Of a stretch of DNA of 64,000 nucleotides, positions 1-9,258 are shown in pieces. The translations under genes and the position numbers were made by a program. The notes below the pieces were generated by a model. It searched no databases, was not told the DNA's origin, and saw only the letters and a program-made list of their open reading frames with translations. Source of the stretch: an uncultured delta proteobacterium (lineage in GTDB: Bacteria; Desulfobacterota; Binatia; DP-6); the NCBI GenBank assembly GCA_963815115.1, contig CAWFFN010000009.1:928001-992000 (forward strand). The letters are read 5' to 3'. Every line of letters starts with the position of its first letter. Positions within the stretch are counted from its first letter, which is position 1.

Positions 1-2
1 GG

Positions 3-1451
<1,449 letters not shown>

Positions 1452-1458
1452 TGTCGAC

Positions 1459-2226
1459 GTGATCCGTCGCTCCACCGACAGCCTGCGGCACCGCCTGATC
1501 TTCGCCCTCGACGTCGACCGCCTGTCCGAGGCCGAGGGCCTGGTCGAGCTGCTCGCTCCCGAGGTCGGGACCTTCAAGGTGGGCAAGCAGCTCTTCCTGC
1601 AGGCCGGACCCGAAGTCGTCCGCATGGTGCATCGTCATGGCCGGGACGTCTTCCTGGACCTCAAGTTCCACGACATCCCCTCCACGGTCGCCAAGGCGGG
1701 CGTGGAGGCGGCCAGGCTCGGCGTCCGCTTCTTCGACGTGCACGCCTCGGGCAGCCTGCAGATGATGACGCGCACCCGGGCGGAGGTGGCGCGCGTCTGC
1801 CGGCGGGAGGGCCTCCGGCGGCCTCGCATCCTGGCCGTCACGGTGCTGACCAGCCTCGCGCGCCGCGACCTGCGGCTGGTCGGCGTCGACGGCGACGTCG
1901 AGCACCAGGTGGTCCGGCTGGCGCGCCTCGCCAGGCGCGCGGAGATGGACGGCGTCGTCGCCTCGCCCCTGGAGATCGCCCGGATCAGGCGCCAGGCGGG
2001 TCCCGGCTTCCTCATCGTCACGCCCGGAATCCGGCAGCCCGCGGCCGCGCTCGACGATCAGAAGCGCGTGCTGACGCCGGGCGAGGCGATGCGGGCGGGA
2101 GCCGACTACCTCGTCGTCGGCCGGCCGATCCGGGACGCGGCAGATCCCCTGGCCGTGGCGCGCGAGGTGCTCGCCGACATGGCCCGCGGGCTGCTCACCT
2201 CGCGAGCCCGCCCGGCGTCTTCGTGA
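1459..2226 (+). CDS. pyrF: Orotidine-5'-phosphate decarboxylase
   Basis: LIFALD, FKVG, FLDLKFHDIPSTV, VTVLTS, VTPGIR, DDQKRV and VVGRPI motifs. GTG start at 1459 follows AGGTGA. Confidence 0.95.
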   Translation: MIRRSTDSLRHRLIFALDVDRLSEAEGLVELLAPEVGTFKVGKQLFLQAGPEVVRMVHRHGRDVFLDLKFHDIPSTVAKAGVEAARLGVRFFDVHASGSLQMMTRTRAEVARVCRREGLRRPRILAVTVLTSLARRDLRLVGVDGDVEHQVVRLARLARRAEMDGVVASPLEIARIRRQAGPGFLIVTPGIRQPAAALDDQKRVLTPGEAMRAGADYLVVGRPIRDAADPLAVAREVLADMARGLLTSRARPASS

Positions 2227-2260
2227 GGTGGTTCGGGCGTCGACGAGCGGCTGTCTAGGG

Positions 2261-2283
2261 ACGATGCCACCGCATCGTTGACA
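2261..2283 (+). promoter_or_regulatory. Palindromic operator ACGATGC-N4-GCATCGT abutting a TTGACA -35 hexamer upstream of the phaR-like gene
   Basis: Perfect 7-4-7 inverted repeat at 2261-2278 and TTGACA at 2278-2283. The TGC-N4-GCA core resembles PhaR sites. Confidence 0.5.
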
Positions 2284-2355
2284 TCCAAGGCTGAATCAAG
2301 GTCTCTGGCCTCACGCTGGTTTACGCGTCTGACGCCCTGTGATAACCCCGAGGCG

Positions 2356-2910
2356 ATGCCGCGCCTCGTCAAGCGGTACAGCAATCGCAAGCTGTACGAC
2401 ACGAGCGAGAGTCGCTACGTGACGCTCGACGAGATCGCGCGCTGGGTGAAGGGCGGCGAGGAGGTGAAGATCCTCGAGAACGAGAGCGGCGAGGATCTCA
2501 CGGCGGTGACCTTCGCGCAGATCATCCTCGAGGAGGAGCGCAAGAAGAACGGGCTGCTCTCGCTGCGCGTGATGCGGGAGCTCATCCAGCACGGCGAGTC
2601 CGCGCTCCAGGGGATCGCCGCCACCGTCGACCGCGGCATGGAGGCCATCCGCCCCGCCGCCGAGGCGGCGCGCACGCGCGTCCAGGAAGGCGTCCAGGGC
2701 CTGACGTCGATCGGTGACCGGCTCACCGAGATCCAGCGCAACTTCGACGAGGTGGTGCGCCGGCAGGTCGAGAAGGTGACGTCGAGCCCGACGCTCCAGC
2801 GCGAGCTGAAGCGCATCGAGCGCACGGCGCGCATGCTCGAGGCGCGCATAGCCCGGCTGCGTCCCGGCAGCGACGACGATCCGACGCGCAACGGCACCGG
2901 CCAGCCCTGA
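2356..2910 (+). CDS. PhaR-like polyhydroxyalkanoate synthesis regulator (N-terminal DNA-binding domain plus coiled coil)
   Basis: VKRYSNRKLYDTSESRYVTLDEIA...GEDLTAVTFAQIILEEE is the PhaR N-terminal signature. ATG at 2356. Confidence 0.85.
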   Translation: MPRLVKRYSNRKLYDTSESRYVTLDEIARWVKGGEEVKILENESGEDLTAVTFAQIILEEERKKNGLLSLRVMRELIQHGESALQGIAATVDRGMEAIRPAAEAARTRVQEGVQGLTSIGDRLTEIQRNFDEVVRRQVEKVTSSPTLQRELKRIERTARMLEARIARLRPGSDDDPTRNGTGQP

Positions 2911-2918
2911 CGGCTGGC

Positions 2919-3758
2919 TCAGCGCGCCAGGAACACGGGCGCTCCGCTGTTGCGGAGCACGTACTCGGTGGTGCTCCCGAGCACCATCTCGATGATGCGC
3001 GAGTGGCCGTAGGCGCCGATGAAGAGCAGGTCGAAGCGCCCGTCGCGCAGCACGTCGACGATGCGCTGGTGCGGCGGACCGGTGAGCGGCTTCGGCGTCA
3101 CGGGCACGTCGTACGACTGCAGGTAGCGCTGCGCCTCGGCGAGCACCCGGCCGCCTTCGCTGCCGTCGTCGCGGGAGACGTGCACGACGGTGAGCGGCAG
3201 CTGGAGGGAGCTCGTCACCTCCGCCGCAGCATGGAGCGCCGCGCTCGCCCGCTGCGAGCCGTCGTATGCCAGGAGCGGGCGACCGATCTCGTGGAACTGG
3301 AGTGGCGTCACCAGGACGGGCTTCGGGCTCTTGCGGGTGACCGATTCCGTCGTGCTGCCGAGCAAGCCGCTGGAGAACTGCTCGTTCACTCCGCGGTGGC
3401 CGACGACCACCAGGTCGGCGGTGCGGGCCTGGTCGCAGATCTCGTTCGCCACGATCCCCATGGGAAGCGCCGTGTCGTGCGCGATGCCTTCCGTCTCGCA
3501 CCGGGCGGTGAAGGCGTCGAGGAGCACGCGCCCGCGCTCCTGCAGGGCCTCGCGCATCTTCGACGAGAAGTCGAGGTAGGGCTCGAAGCCGAGGGAGCCC
3601 GACACGTCGTGCAGGAACGACCCCTCGATCGAGACGATGTCCAGGACGTGGAGACCGATCAGGCGGGCTTGCAGCCGGCGCGCCAGCCAGAGCGCATGCT
3701 CGAGCGCGCTGTCGGCGTGCTGAGACCCGTCGAGCGCGACCAGGATGCTCTTGATCAT
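2919..3758 (-). CDS. Universal stress protein, tandem Usp domains
   Basis: IKSILVALDGS...DLVVVGHRG...LLGSTTESVTRKSPKPVLV, then a second domain LLAYDGS...GAYGHSRIIEMVLGSTTEYVLRNS. Confidence 0.93.
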   Translation of the reverse strand: MIKSILVALDGSQHADSALEHALWLARRLQARLIGLHVLDIVSIEGSFLHDVSGSLGFEPYLDFSSKMREALQERGRVLLDAFTARCETEGIAHDTALPMGIVANEICDQARTADLVVVGHRGVNEQFSSGLLGSTTESVTRKSPKPVLVTPLQFHEIGRPLLAYDGSQRASAALHAAAEVTSSLQLPLTVVHVSRDDGSEGGRVLAEAQRYLQSYDVPVTPKPLTGPPHQRIVDVLRDGRFDLLFIGAYGHSRIIEMVLGSTTEYVLRNSGAPVFLAR

Positions 3759-3864
3759 GGTGCAGCCTCCGATCCGGCTCTAACCCGGGGCCGGCAGGCA
3801 CGCAAGGACCTACGCGCTGCGCGCCCGCTTGCAAACGTCCGGCCGCCTCGCCAAAACGTGCGCG

Positions 3865-4149
3865 GTGAGCCGTCGCGACGAGACGCTGTGCGAGGAGCTG
3901 AAGGAGCTCGCGACGCGGCTCGGGCTGCGCGTTCGCGAAGAGATCCTGCTGCGTGAGGTCGGGTACCGCGTACGCAGTGGCCTGTGCCGCGTGCGCGGCG
4001 AGGACGTGCTCTTCCTCGATCGCAACCTCTCTCCGGGCGAGCGTCTCGAGGTCTTGCTGGGAGCGCTCGGCGGGATGGACATCGATGCGCACTACGTGTC
4101 GCCCGCGCTCCGCCACGTGCTGGAACGGCGCGGCAGCACCGCCGCCTAG
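3865..4149 (+). CDS. Small hypothetical protein directly upstream of fur
   Basis: Coding-like ORF (EELKELATRLGLRVREE...SGLCRVRGEDVLFLDRNLS) that ends 9 nt before fur. Confidence 0.75.
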   Translation: MSRRDETLCEELKELATRLGLRVREEILLREVGYRVRSGLCRVRGEDVLFLDRNLSPGERLEVLLGALGGMDIDAHYVSPALRHVLERRGSTAA

Positions 4150-4158
4150 GATCGGGCC

Positions 4159-4638
4159 ATGGTTCGCGCCCGCATGCGGCTCTTCGAGCAGGCGTTGCGC
4201 GAGCGGGGTCTCAAGTCGACCGCGCAGCGCGACGACATCGCGCGCGCGTTCTTCGGCGCCGCCGAGCACCTCTCGGTCGAGGAGCTGCACGCGGCGGTGA
4301 AGAAGGTGAACCCGCGCGTCGGCTACGCGACCGTCTACCGGACGCTGAAGCTGCTGAAGGAGTGCGGGCTCGCCGACGAGCGCCATTTCGACGACGGGCA
4401 GGCCCGCTACGAGCCCACCGAGGCTGCGGAGCAGCACCACGACCACATCATCTGCGAGCGCTGCGGCAAGATCGTCGAGTTCAACAGCGACGAGCTGGAG
4501 AAGCTCCAGGAGCGCATCGCGCGCTTCCTCGGTTTCGTCGTGAGCCGCCATCGCATGGAGCTCTACGGCATCTGCGCGGAATGCCGCGAGGGCCGGCGAA
4601 GCGCCGGTCGGGCGCCGCGCGGCGTGCAGCAAGTCTAG
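4159..4638 (+). CDS. fur: Ferric uptake regulator
   Basis: HLSVEEL, ATVYRTLKLL, HHDHIICERCGKIVEF, HRMELYGICAEC. Adjacent to a Fur-box-controlled iron permease. Confidence 0.92.
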   Translation: MVRARMRLFEQALRERGLKSTAQRDDIARAFFGAAEHLSVEELHAAVKKVNPRVGYATVYRTLKLLKECGLADERHFDDGQARYEPTEAAEQHHDHIICERCGKIVEFNSDELEKLQERIARFLGFVVSRHRMELYGICAECREGRRSAGRAPRGVQQV

Positions 4639-4729
4639 CGCTAGTCTAGCGCGCCGCCGGCATCAGTGTCCGAGGACGTGCCCGAGCTGGCGGCCGAGCT
4701 CCACCGGCCCACCCCGGGGAGCCTGCTGA

Positions 4730-4778
4730 TTGACAGGGAAGGGCAACCCGAAGTAATTGAAAGTGACTTTCAAAATCG
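4730..4778 (+). promoter_or_regulatory. Sigma70-type -35 (TTGACA, 4730-4735) and Fur box TTGAAAGT-G-ACTTTCAA (4757-4773)
   Basis: Perfect 8-1-8 AT-rich palindrome upstream of an FTR1 gene. A near-identical copy lies upstream of bfd. Confidence 0.85.
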
Positions 4779-4789
4779 AGCATCTCCGA

Positions 4790-6943
4790 ATGCCCGCACC
4801 CTCCCTGCTCCGCCGCCTCCTGCCGCTCGTCCTGACGCTCGGGTGCGTGGTCGCGCCGGTGTCCTCGCGCGCGGCGGGCGAGGACGCGACCGCCGACACG
4901 CGACGGCTTCTCACGCTGCTCGCGGGGATACGCGGCGAGTACCATGAGGCCTTCGACGCCCGGGGCAACGTCAGCCGCTCCATCGAGATCGAGGAAGCGA
5001 AGCTGCTGCTGGCCGAGGCGCGCGATCTGAACGCCCGCCTCACCCTGGTCGATCCCGCCGCGCTCGACGCCGTCGCCCGGGACATCGAGCAGCACGCTCC
5101 CGCGAGCGCGCTCGGGCCGCGGATCGAGGCGATCGCGACGGGCATCACGGCGCGCACCGGGATCCGCGACGACCCCCTCGCGCCGGAGCCGCCCTCCGCG
5201 GTGCGGGGACAGGTGGTCTTCAGCGAGAACTGCGCCGGCTGCCACGGGGCAACCGGTGACGGCGGAGGCACCGAAGCGCGCCGCCTGGGGTTGGCGCCCG
5301 CCAACTTCGCGAACCCCGCCTTCATGCGCGGCGAGACTCCGCGCGACCACTTCAACGTGGTCTCGCTCGGTCGCCGTCGCTCGGGCATGCCCGAATGGGC
5401 GGACGCTCTCAGCGTGCAACAGCGCTGGGACGCGGTCAGCTACCTCTGGACCCTGGCGCATCCCCGACCGGCGCTGCTCGAGGGCCAGCAGCTCTACCAG
5501 GAGAACTGCGCGGGCTGTCACGGTGCCGACGGGGCGGGACACGGCCCGCGGGCCGCCGCGCTGTCGGGCCGGATGCCCGACTTCCACCGGCCGGGAAGCC
5601 TGATCGATCGGACGGACACCCAGCTGCTGGGCGTCGTGAGCGACGGGGTCCCCGGCACCGCCATGGCCGCCTTCGGGGGAGCGCTGAGCGAGGACCAGCG
5701 CTGGAAGACCGTCGCCTGGGTGCGTGCCCTGTCGCTCGGCGGCGCGGAGCCGCCGGCGGCGGCGCCGGAGCGCGCGGAGAGGGCTACGGAGCCAGCGCAG
5801 CTCGCGGCCCGCACGAGCGCGGCGGTGGGAGAAGCCCACCGGCTGCTCGACGAGGCGATCGCAGCCCGCCGCCGCGGAGAGGCGGCGGCGGGAGCGATCG
5901 CCACCGACGCCTACATGCGCTTCGAGCCCTTCGAGAAGCGTCTCGGTGCGGTCGATCCGGGAGCGGTCGTCCGGGTCGAGGAGGGGTTCGTGCGCGTGCG
6001 TGGCGCGCTGCACGAGCCGGGCACCAGCGTGTCGCCCGCGCTGGAATCCGAGGTGGCCCAGCTGCACCGTCACCTCGATGCGGCGGTGGCCGTCCTCGGC
6101 GCGAGCGGAGGCGACTGGGCCCGCTTCGTCCAGTCCGCCGGCATCATCCTGCGCGAGGGCTTCGAGATCGTGCTGATCGTGGGCGCGCTGCTCGCGTACG
6201 TGCGCCGGAGCGGGCAGGTGTCGCTGGTCCGGCCGATTCACGCTGGCGTCGTCCTCGGCGTGCTCGCGAGCGTGGGCACCGCGGCGCTCCTCAGCACGGT
6301 GCTGCGGCTCTACCCGGGTGCGAGCGACGTGCTGGAGGGAGCGGCGATGCTGCTCGCCGCCGGCGTGCTCTTCTGGGTGAGCTACTGGCTCGTCGCGAAG
6401 GCCGGGGCCGACCGCTGGCAGCGCTTCATCCAGGGCAAGGTGAAGGACGCGATGGCCATGGGCAGCAGCACGGCGCTCGCCGTCGCCGCCTTCCTCGCGG
6501 TCTATCGCGAAGGCTTCGAGACCGTCCTCTTCTACCGCGCGCTGCTCGGTGGGGCGCCGACCGGCGACGTGATGATCGGTGCGGGATTCCTGTGCGGGCT
6601 CGTGGTGCTGGCCGCGCTGTGGGTCGGTCTGTCGCGGCTCGGGCTCCGCGTGCCGCTCGGACCGTTCTTCCTGGTGACGGGCGCGTTCCTCTACGCGATG
6701 GCGATCGTCTTCGCCGGCCGCGGCGTCTTCGAGCTGCAGGACGCGGGCGTCATCGGGGTCACGCCGGTGCCGTTCGTGCCGCGGATCCCGGTGCTCGGGC
6801 TCTTCCCGACGCTCGAAACCCTCGTCGCGCAGGGTGTGCTCGTCGCCGCGCTTCTCGTGGCCGGCGTGGTGACGTGGCGCCGCCGCCTCCATCCGCCCCG
6901 AGGTCTGGAGGCGCAGCTCGCGTCCGGAGGCGGCCGCGCGTGA
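4790..6943 (+). CDS. FTR1-family iron permease fused to two cytochrome c domains (PbrT-like architecture)
   Basis: Signal peptide, two ENCAGCHG heme-c motifs, and a C-terminal multi-TM domain with two REGFE iron-binding motifs. Confidence 0.92.
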   Translation: MPAPSLLRRLLPLVLTLGCVVAPVSSRAAGEDATADTRRLLTLLAGIRGEYHEAFDARGNVSRSIEIEEAKLLLAEARDLNARLTLVDPAALDAVARDIEQHAPASALGPRIEAIATGITARTGIRDDPLAPEPPSAVRGQVVFSENCAGCHGATGDGGGTEARRLGLAPANFANPAFMRGETPRDHFNVVSLGRRRSGMPEWADALSVQQRWDAVSYLWTLAHPRPALLEGQQLYQENCAGCHGADGAGHGPRAAALSGRMPDFHRPGSLIDRTDTQLLGVVSDGVPGTAMAAFGGALSEDQRWKTVAWVRALSLGGAEPPAAAPERAERATEPAQLAARTSAAVGEAHRLLDEAIAARRRGEAAAGAIATDAYMRFEPFEKRLGAVDPGAVVRVEEGFVRVRGALHEPGTSVSPALESEVAQLHRHLDAAVAVLGASGGDWARFVQSAGIILREGFEIVLIVGALLAYVRRSGQVSLVRPIHAGVVLGVLASVGTAALLSTVLRLYPGASDVLEGAAMLLAAGVLFWVSYWLVAKAGADRWQRFIQGKVKDAMAMGSSTALAVAAFLAVYREGFETVLFYRALLGGAPTGDVMIGAGFLCGLVVLAALWVGLSRLGLRVPLGPFFLVTGAFLYAMAIVFAGRGVFELQDAGVIGVTPVPFVPRIPVLGLFPTLETLVAQGVLVAALLVAGVVTWRRRLHPPRGLEAQLASGGGRA

Positions 6944-7497
6944 CGATCGCCATCCTGATGGCGATCGCCGTGCTCATGGCTTCACCGGGCCGGGCGCAGG
7001 AGGGCGTCTTCCTGAGCGAGGACCAGGCGCCGGCGGCGGTCTTTCCGGACGCCGACCACTTTGCGCGCTCCGAGGTCGAATCCACCCCGGCGCTCCGCGA
7101 GCGCATGAGCGCCCGGCTCGACGGCGTCCATCCTTCGTTGTGGGAGGAGCGCTACGTCGTCTTCACGGCGACGCGCGGTGCGACCCCGCTCGGCCAGGCC
7201 CTGGTCGTCGAGGAGATCGGCAAGCATCGGCCGATCACCTTCGTCGTCGGGCTCCGACCGGATCGCAGCGTCAACGACGTCGCCGTGATGGACTACCGGG
7301 AAGCCTACGGCGGCGAGGTCCGCAGCACGCGCTTCCTGCGCCAGTACCGCGGCAAGGGACCGGGCGACGCCCTGCGGCCCGGTGACGAGATCACCAGCAT
7401 CGCCGGTGCCACGCTGTCCGTGGAGGCGGCGAGCCGCGCCGTTCGCAAGGCCCAGGCCCTGTCGGCCGCGCTCGACCAGCCCGGAGGGCAGCGGTGA
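6940..7497 (+). CDS. Secreted FMN-binding (flavinylated) domain protein
   Basis: GTG overlaps the upstream stop. Signal peptide, IGKHRPITFVVG, YREAYGGEV, FLRQYRGK and flavinylation-like motif IAGATLS. Confidence 0.88.
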   Translation: MTIAILMAIAVLMASPGRAQEGVFLSEDQAPAAVFPDADHFARSEVESTPALRERMSARLDGVHPSLWEERYVVFTATRGATPLGQALVVEEIGKHRPITFVVGLRPDRSVNDVAVMDYREAYGGEVRSTRFLRQYRGKGPGDALRPGDEITSIAGATLSVEAASRAVRKAQALSAALDQPGGQR

Positions 7498-8495
7498 GCG
7501 CTCGGCTGCTGGCCGGGATGCTCGCCCTGCTGCCGCTGGCCGCGGCGGCTGCGCCGCAGACCCAGGTGCACTACGTCATGGGCACCTACCTGCGCATCAT
7601 CGCCGACGGCGACGGCGCGGCCGCGGGGATGGCGGCTTGCTTCCGGGAAGCCCGGCGACTCGAGCACGTCTTCTCGCGCTTCGACGCGACGAGCGAGCTG
7701 TCACGGCTGAACGCCGAGGCGGCCGAGGAGACGTGGCCCGCGAGCGACGACATGTCCCGCCTGCTCGATCGGTCGCGCGCGCTGGCCGACGCCACCGGCG
7801 GGGTGTTCGACGTCGCCGTCGGGCCGCTCACCGCGCTCTGGCGTCGCCCCGAGCCGCCCAGCCGGGCCGAGCTCGCGGCGGCGCGGGCGGCGACGGGCCG
7901 CGGCGCGTTTCGCGTGCGCGGCGGCCGCGTGACCCTGGCACCCGGAGCGCGGCTCGACCTCGACGGCGTCGCCAAGGGGTATGCCGTCGACGTGTGCGCC
8001 GGCCGCCTGCGCGCCGCCGGCGTGTCGCGCGCGCTGGTGAGCCTCGGCGAGAGCAGCCTCTACGCCCTCGGCACGCCTCCGGGTGCTGCCTACTGGCGGC
8101 TCGCGGTCCGCGGCCCGGATCCGGAGACCCAGGTCGGGTGGCTCGGGCTGCGTGACGTCGGCGCCTCCGTCTCCGCGACCTACGGGAGCACTGGACGACG
8201 CGCCGGAACGGTGGCGCACATCATCGACCCGCGCAGCGGGCGTCCGCTCGAGGACGACGCGGTGGCGGTCGTCGCCGCGTCCTCGGCCACCGACGCCGAG
8301 GGCTGGACCAAGGCGCTCCTCGTGTGGGGCCGGGGCGGAGTCGAGCGCGTTCGCCGGGGCGGCGCGAGGGCGGCGGTGCACGTGACCTCCGAAGCGGTCC
8401 GCGCCGACGTCGCGGGCGATGCCGGAGGCTCGGTCACGTGGGCGCGCTTGCCGGCGCCGCGGCGCATCGCCGCGCGCGAGGAGCCGCTCCGGTGA
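7494..8495 (+). CDS. apbE: FAD:protein FMN transferase
   Basis: VMGT, FSRFDATSELSRLN, TGGVFDVAVGPLTALW, LDLDGVAKGYAVD, HIIDPRSGRP, ATDAEGWTKAL. Confidence 0.92.
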   Translation: MSARLLAGMLALLPLAAAAAPQTQVHYVMGTYLRIIADGDGAAAGMAACFREARRLEHVFSRFDATSELSRLNAEAAEETWPASDDMSRLLDRSRALADATGGVFDVAVGPLTALWRRPEPPSRAELAAARAATGRGAFRVRGGRVTLAPGARLDLDGVAKGYAVDVCAGRLRAAGVSRALVSLGESSLYALGTPPGAAYWRLAVRGPDPETQVGWLGLRDVGASVSATYGSTGRRAGTVAHIIDPRSGRPLEDDAVAVVAASSATDAEGWTKALLVWGRGGVERVRRGGARAAVHVTSEAVRADVAGDAGGSVTWARLPAPRRIAAREEPLR

Positions 8496-9004
8496 GGGTG
8501 TTCGGCTCTCCGGGCTTCCTCCTGAGCGACGCGCGCCTCGAGGTGCGGCTGGTCTACACCGGCTTCCTGGTGCTGGCGCTCGTCGGCATGGCGACCATGG
8601 CGCTCTTCCAGGTGAAGGCCATCGGCCCGGGGCCGGCGCAGATCGCCGCCTACTTCCGGGGCGGCGAGCGCAACGGCGCGATGACCTTCCAGAAGACGTT
8701 CCGCGAGCTGATCGAGCTGACGCACTTTCACGCCTTCGTGATGGGCCTGGTCTACCTGGTGATGGCGCACCTCGTGCTCGCGACCAGCGCCTCCGATACC
8801 GTCAAGCGCTTTGCCATCGTCCTCGCGTTCGCCGGCCTCGCCGGCGACGTGCTGGGCGTCTGGCTGATCCGCTACGTCTCGGGCGCGTTCGCGTATACGC
8901 AGGTGCTGAGCTGGATCGCCGAGTGGCTCGGCTTTTCGGCGTTCGTCTACTACCCGCTGAGAGAGATGTGGTTCCGTGAAGGACGCGGGGCGCGAACAAG
9001 CTGA
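8492..9004 (+). CDS. His-containing integral membrane protein (about 4 TM), function unknown
   Basis: GTG overlaps the apbE stop. Hydrophobic helices and motif KTFRELIELTHFHAFVMGLVYLVMAHL. Confidence 0.8.
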   Translation: MRVFGSPGFLLSDARLEVRLVYTGFLVLALVGMATMALFQVKAIGPGPAQIAAYFRGGERNGAMTFQKTFRELIELTHFHAFVMGLVYLVMAHLVLATSASDTVKRFAIVLAFAGLAGDVLGVWLIRYVSGAFAYTQVLSWIAEWLGFSAFVYYPLREMWFREGRGARTS

Positions 9005-9149
9005 GCACGATCTGCGCTGCCAGTGCGGGAGCCTGATGGCTCGCGTCACCGAAGCGGGCATCGAGCTCAAGTGCCGGCGCTGCAAGCGCGTCGTCGTGGT
9101 ACCGGTCAGGGGGATGACCGGCGACTGGATCGAGGTGTCGATGCGCTGA
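8976..9149 (+). CDS. 57-aa Cys4 zinc-ribbon protein, Mu Com-like (not in the ORF track)
   Basis: Manual translation: MKDAGREQAEHDLRCQCGSLMARVTEAGIELKCRRCKRVVVVPVRGMTGDWIEVSMR*. Pattern CxCG..LxR...IELKCxRCK. Start codon uncertain. Confidence 0.75.
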   Translation: MKDAGREQAEHDLRCQCGSLMARVTEAGIELKCRRCKRVVVVPVRGMTGDWIEVSMR

Positions 9150-9192
9150 ACCGGCGCGACATCCGAGCCAGCGGCCAGCGGTCGACGAACCC

Positions 9193-9243
9193 AGAGCCCG
9201 GAGCGCGCGCACGGCGGAGCGCGCGTCCGGGCTCTTTCCGTTT
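9193..9243 (+). terminator. GC-rich hairpin with an interrupted U-rich tail (putative intrinsic terminator or attenuator) before the porin gene
   Basis: AGAGCCCGGA (9193-9202) pairs with TCCGGGCTCT (9226-9235), and CGCGCGC (9204-9210) with GCGCGCG (9219-9225). 8-nt loop, followed by TTCCGTTT. Confidence 0.6.
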
Positions 9244-9258
9244 GGACAAGGGGGATCG

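Noticed and set aside
2311-4632. Long antisense or off-frame ORFs (e.g. 2311-4632, 4646-6892, 12592-14877, 14382-16844, 36135-38612, 50944-53352)
   Set aside because: Typical stop-poor shadow frames of high-GC DNA that overlap well-supported genes and carry no motifs.
4757-4789. TTG-started N-terminal extension MKVTFK and the similar ORF MKVDFK at 55017-55355
   Set aside because: Both are translations of the Fur box, not homologous proteins.
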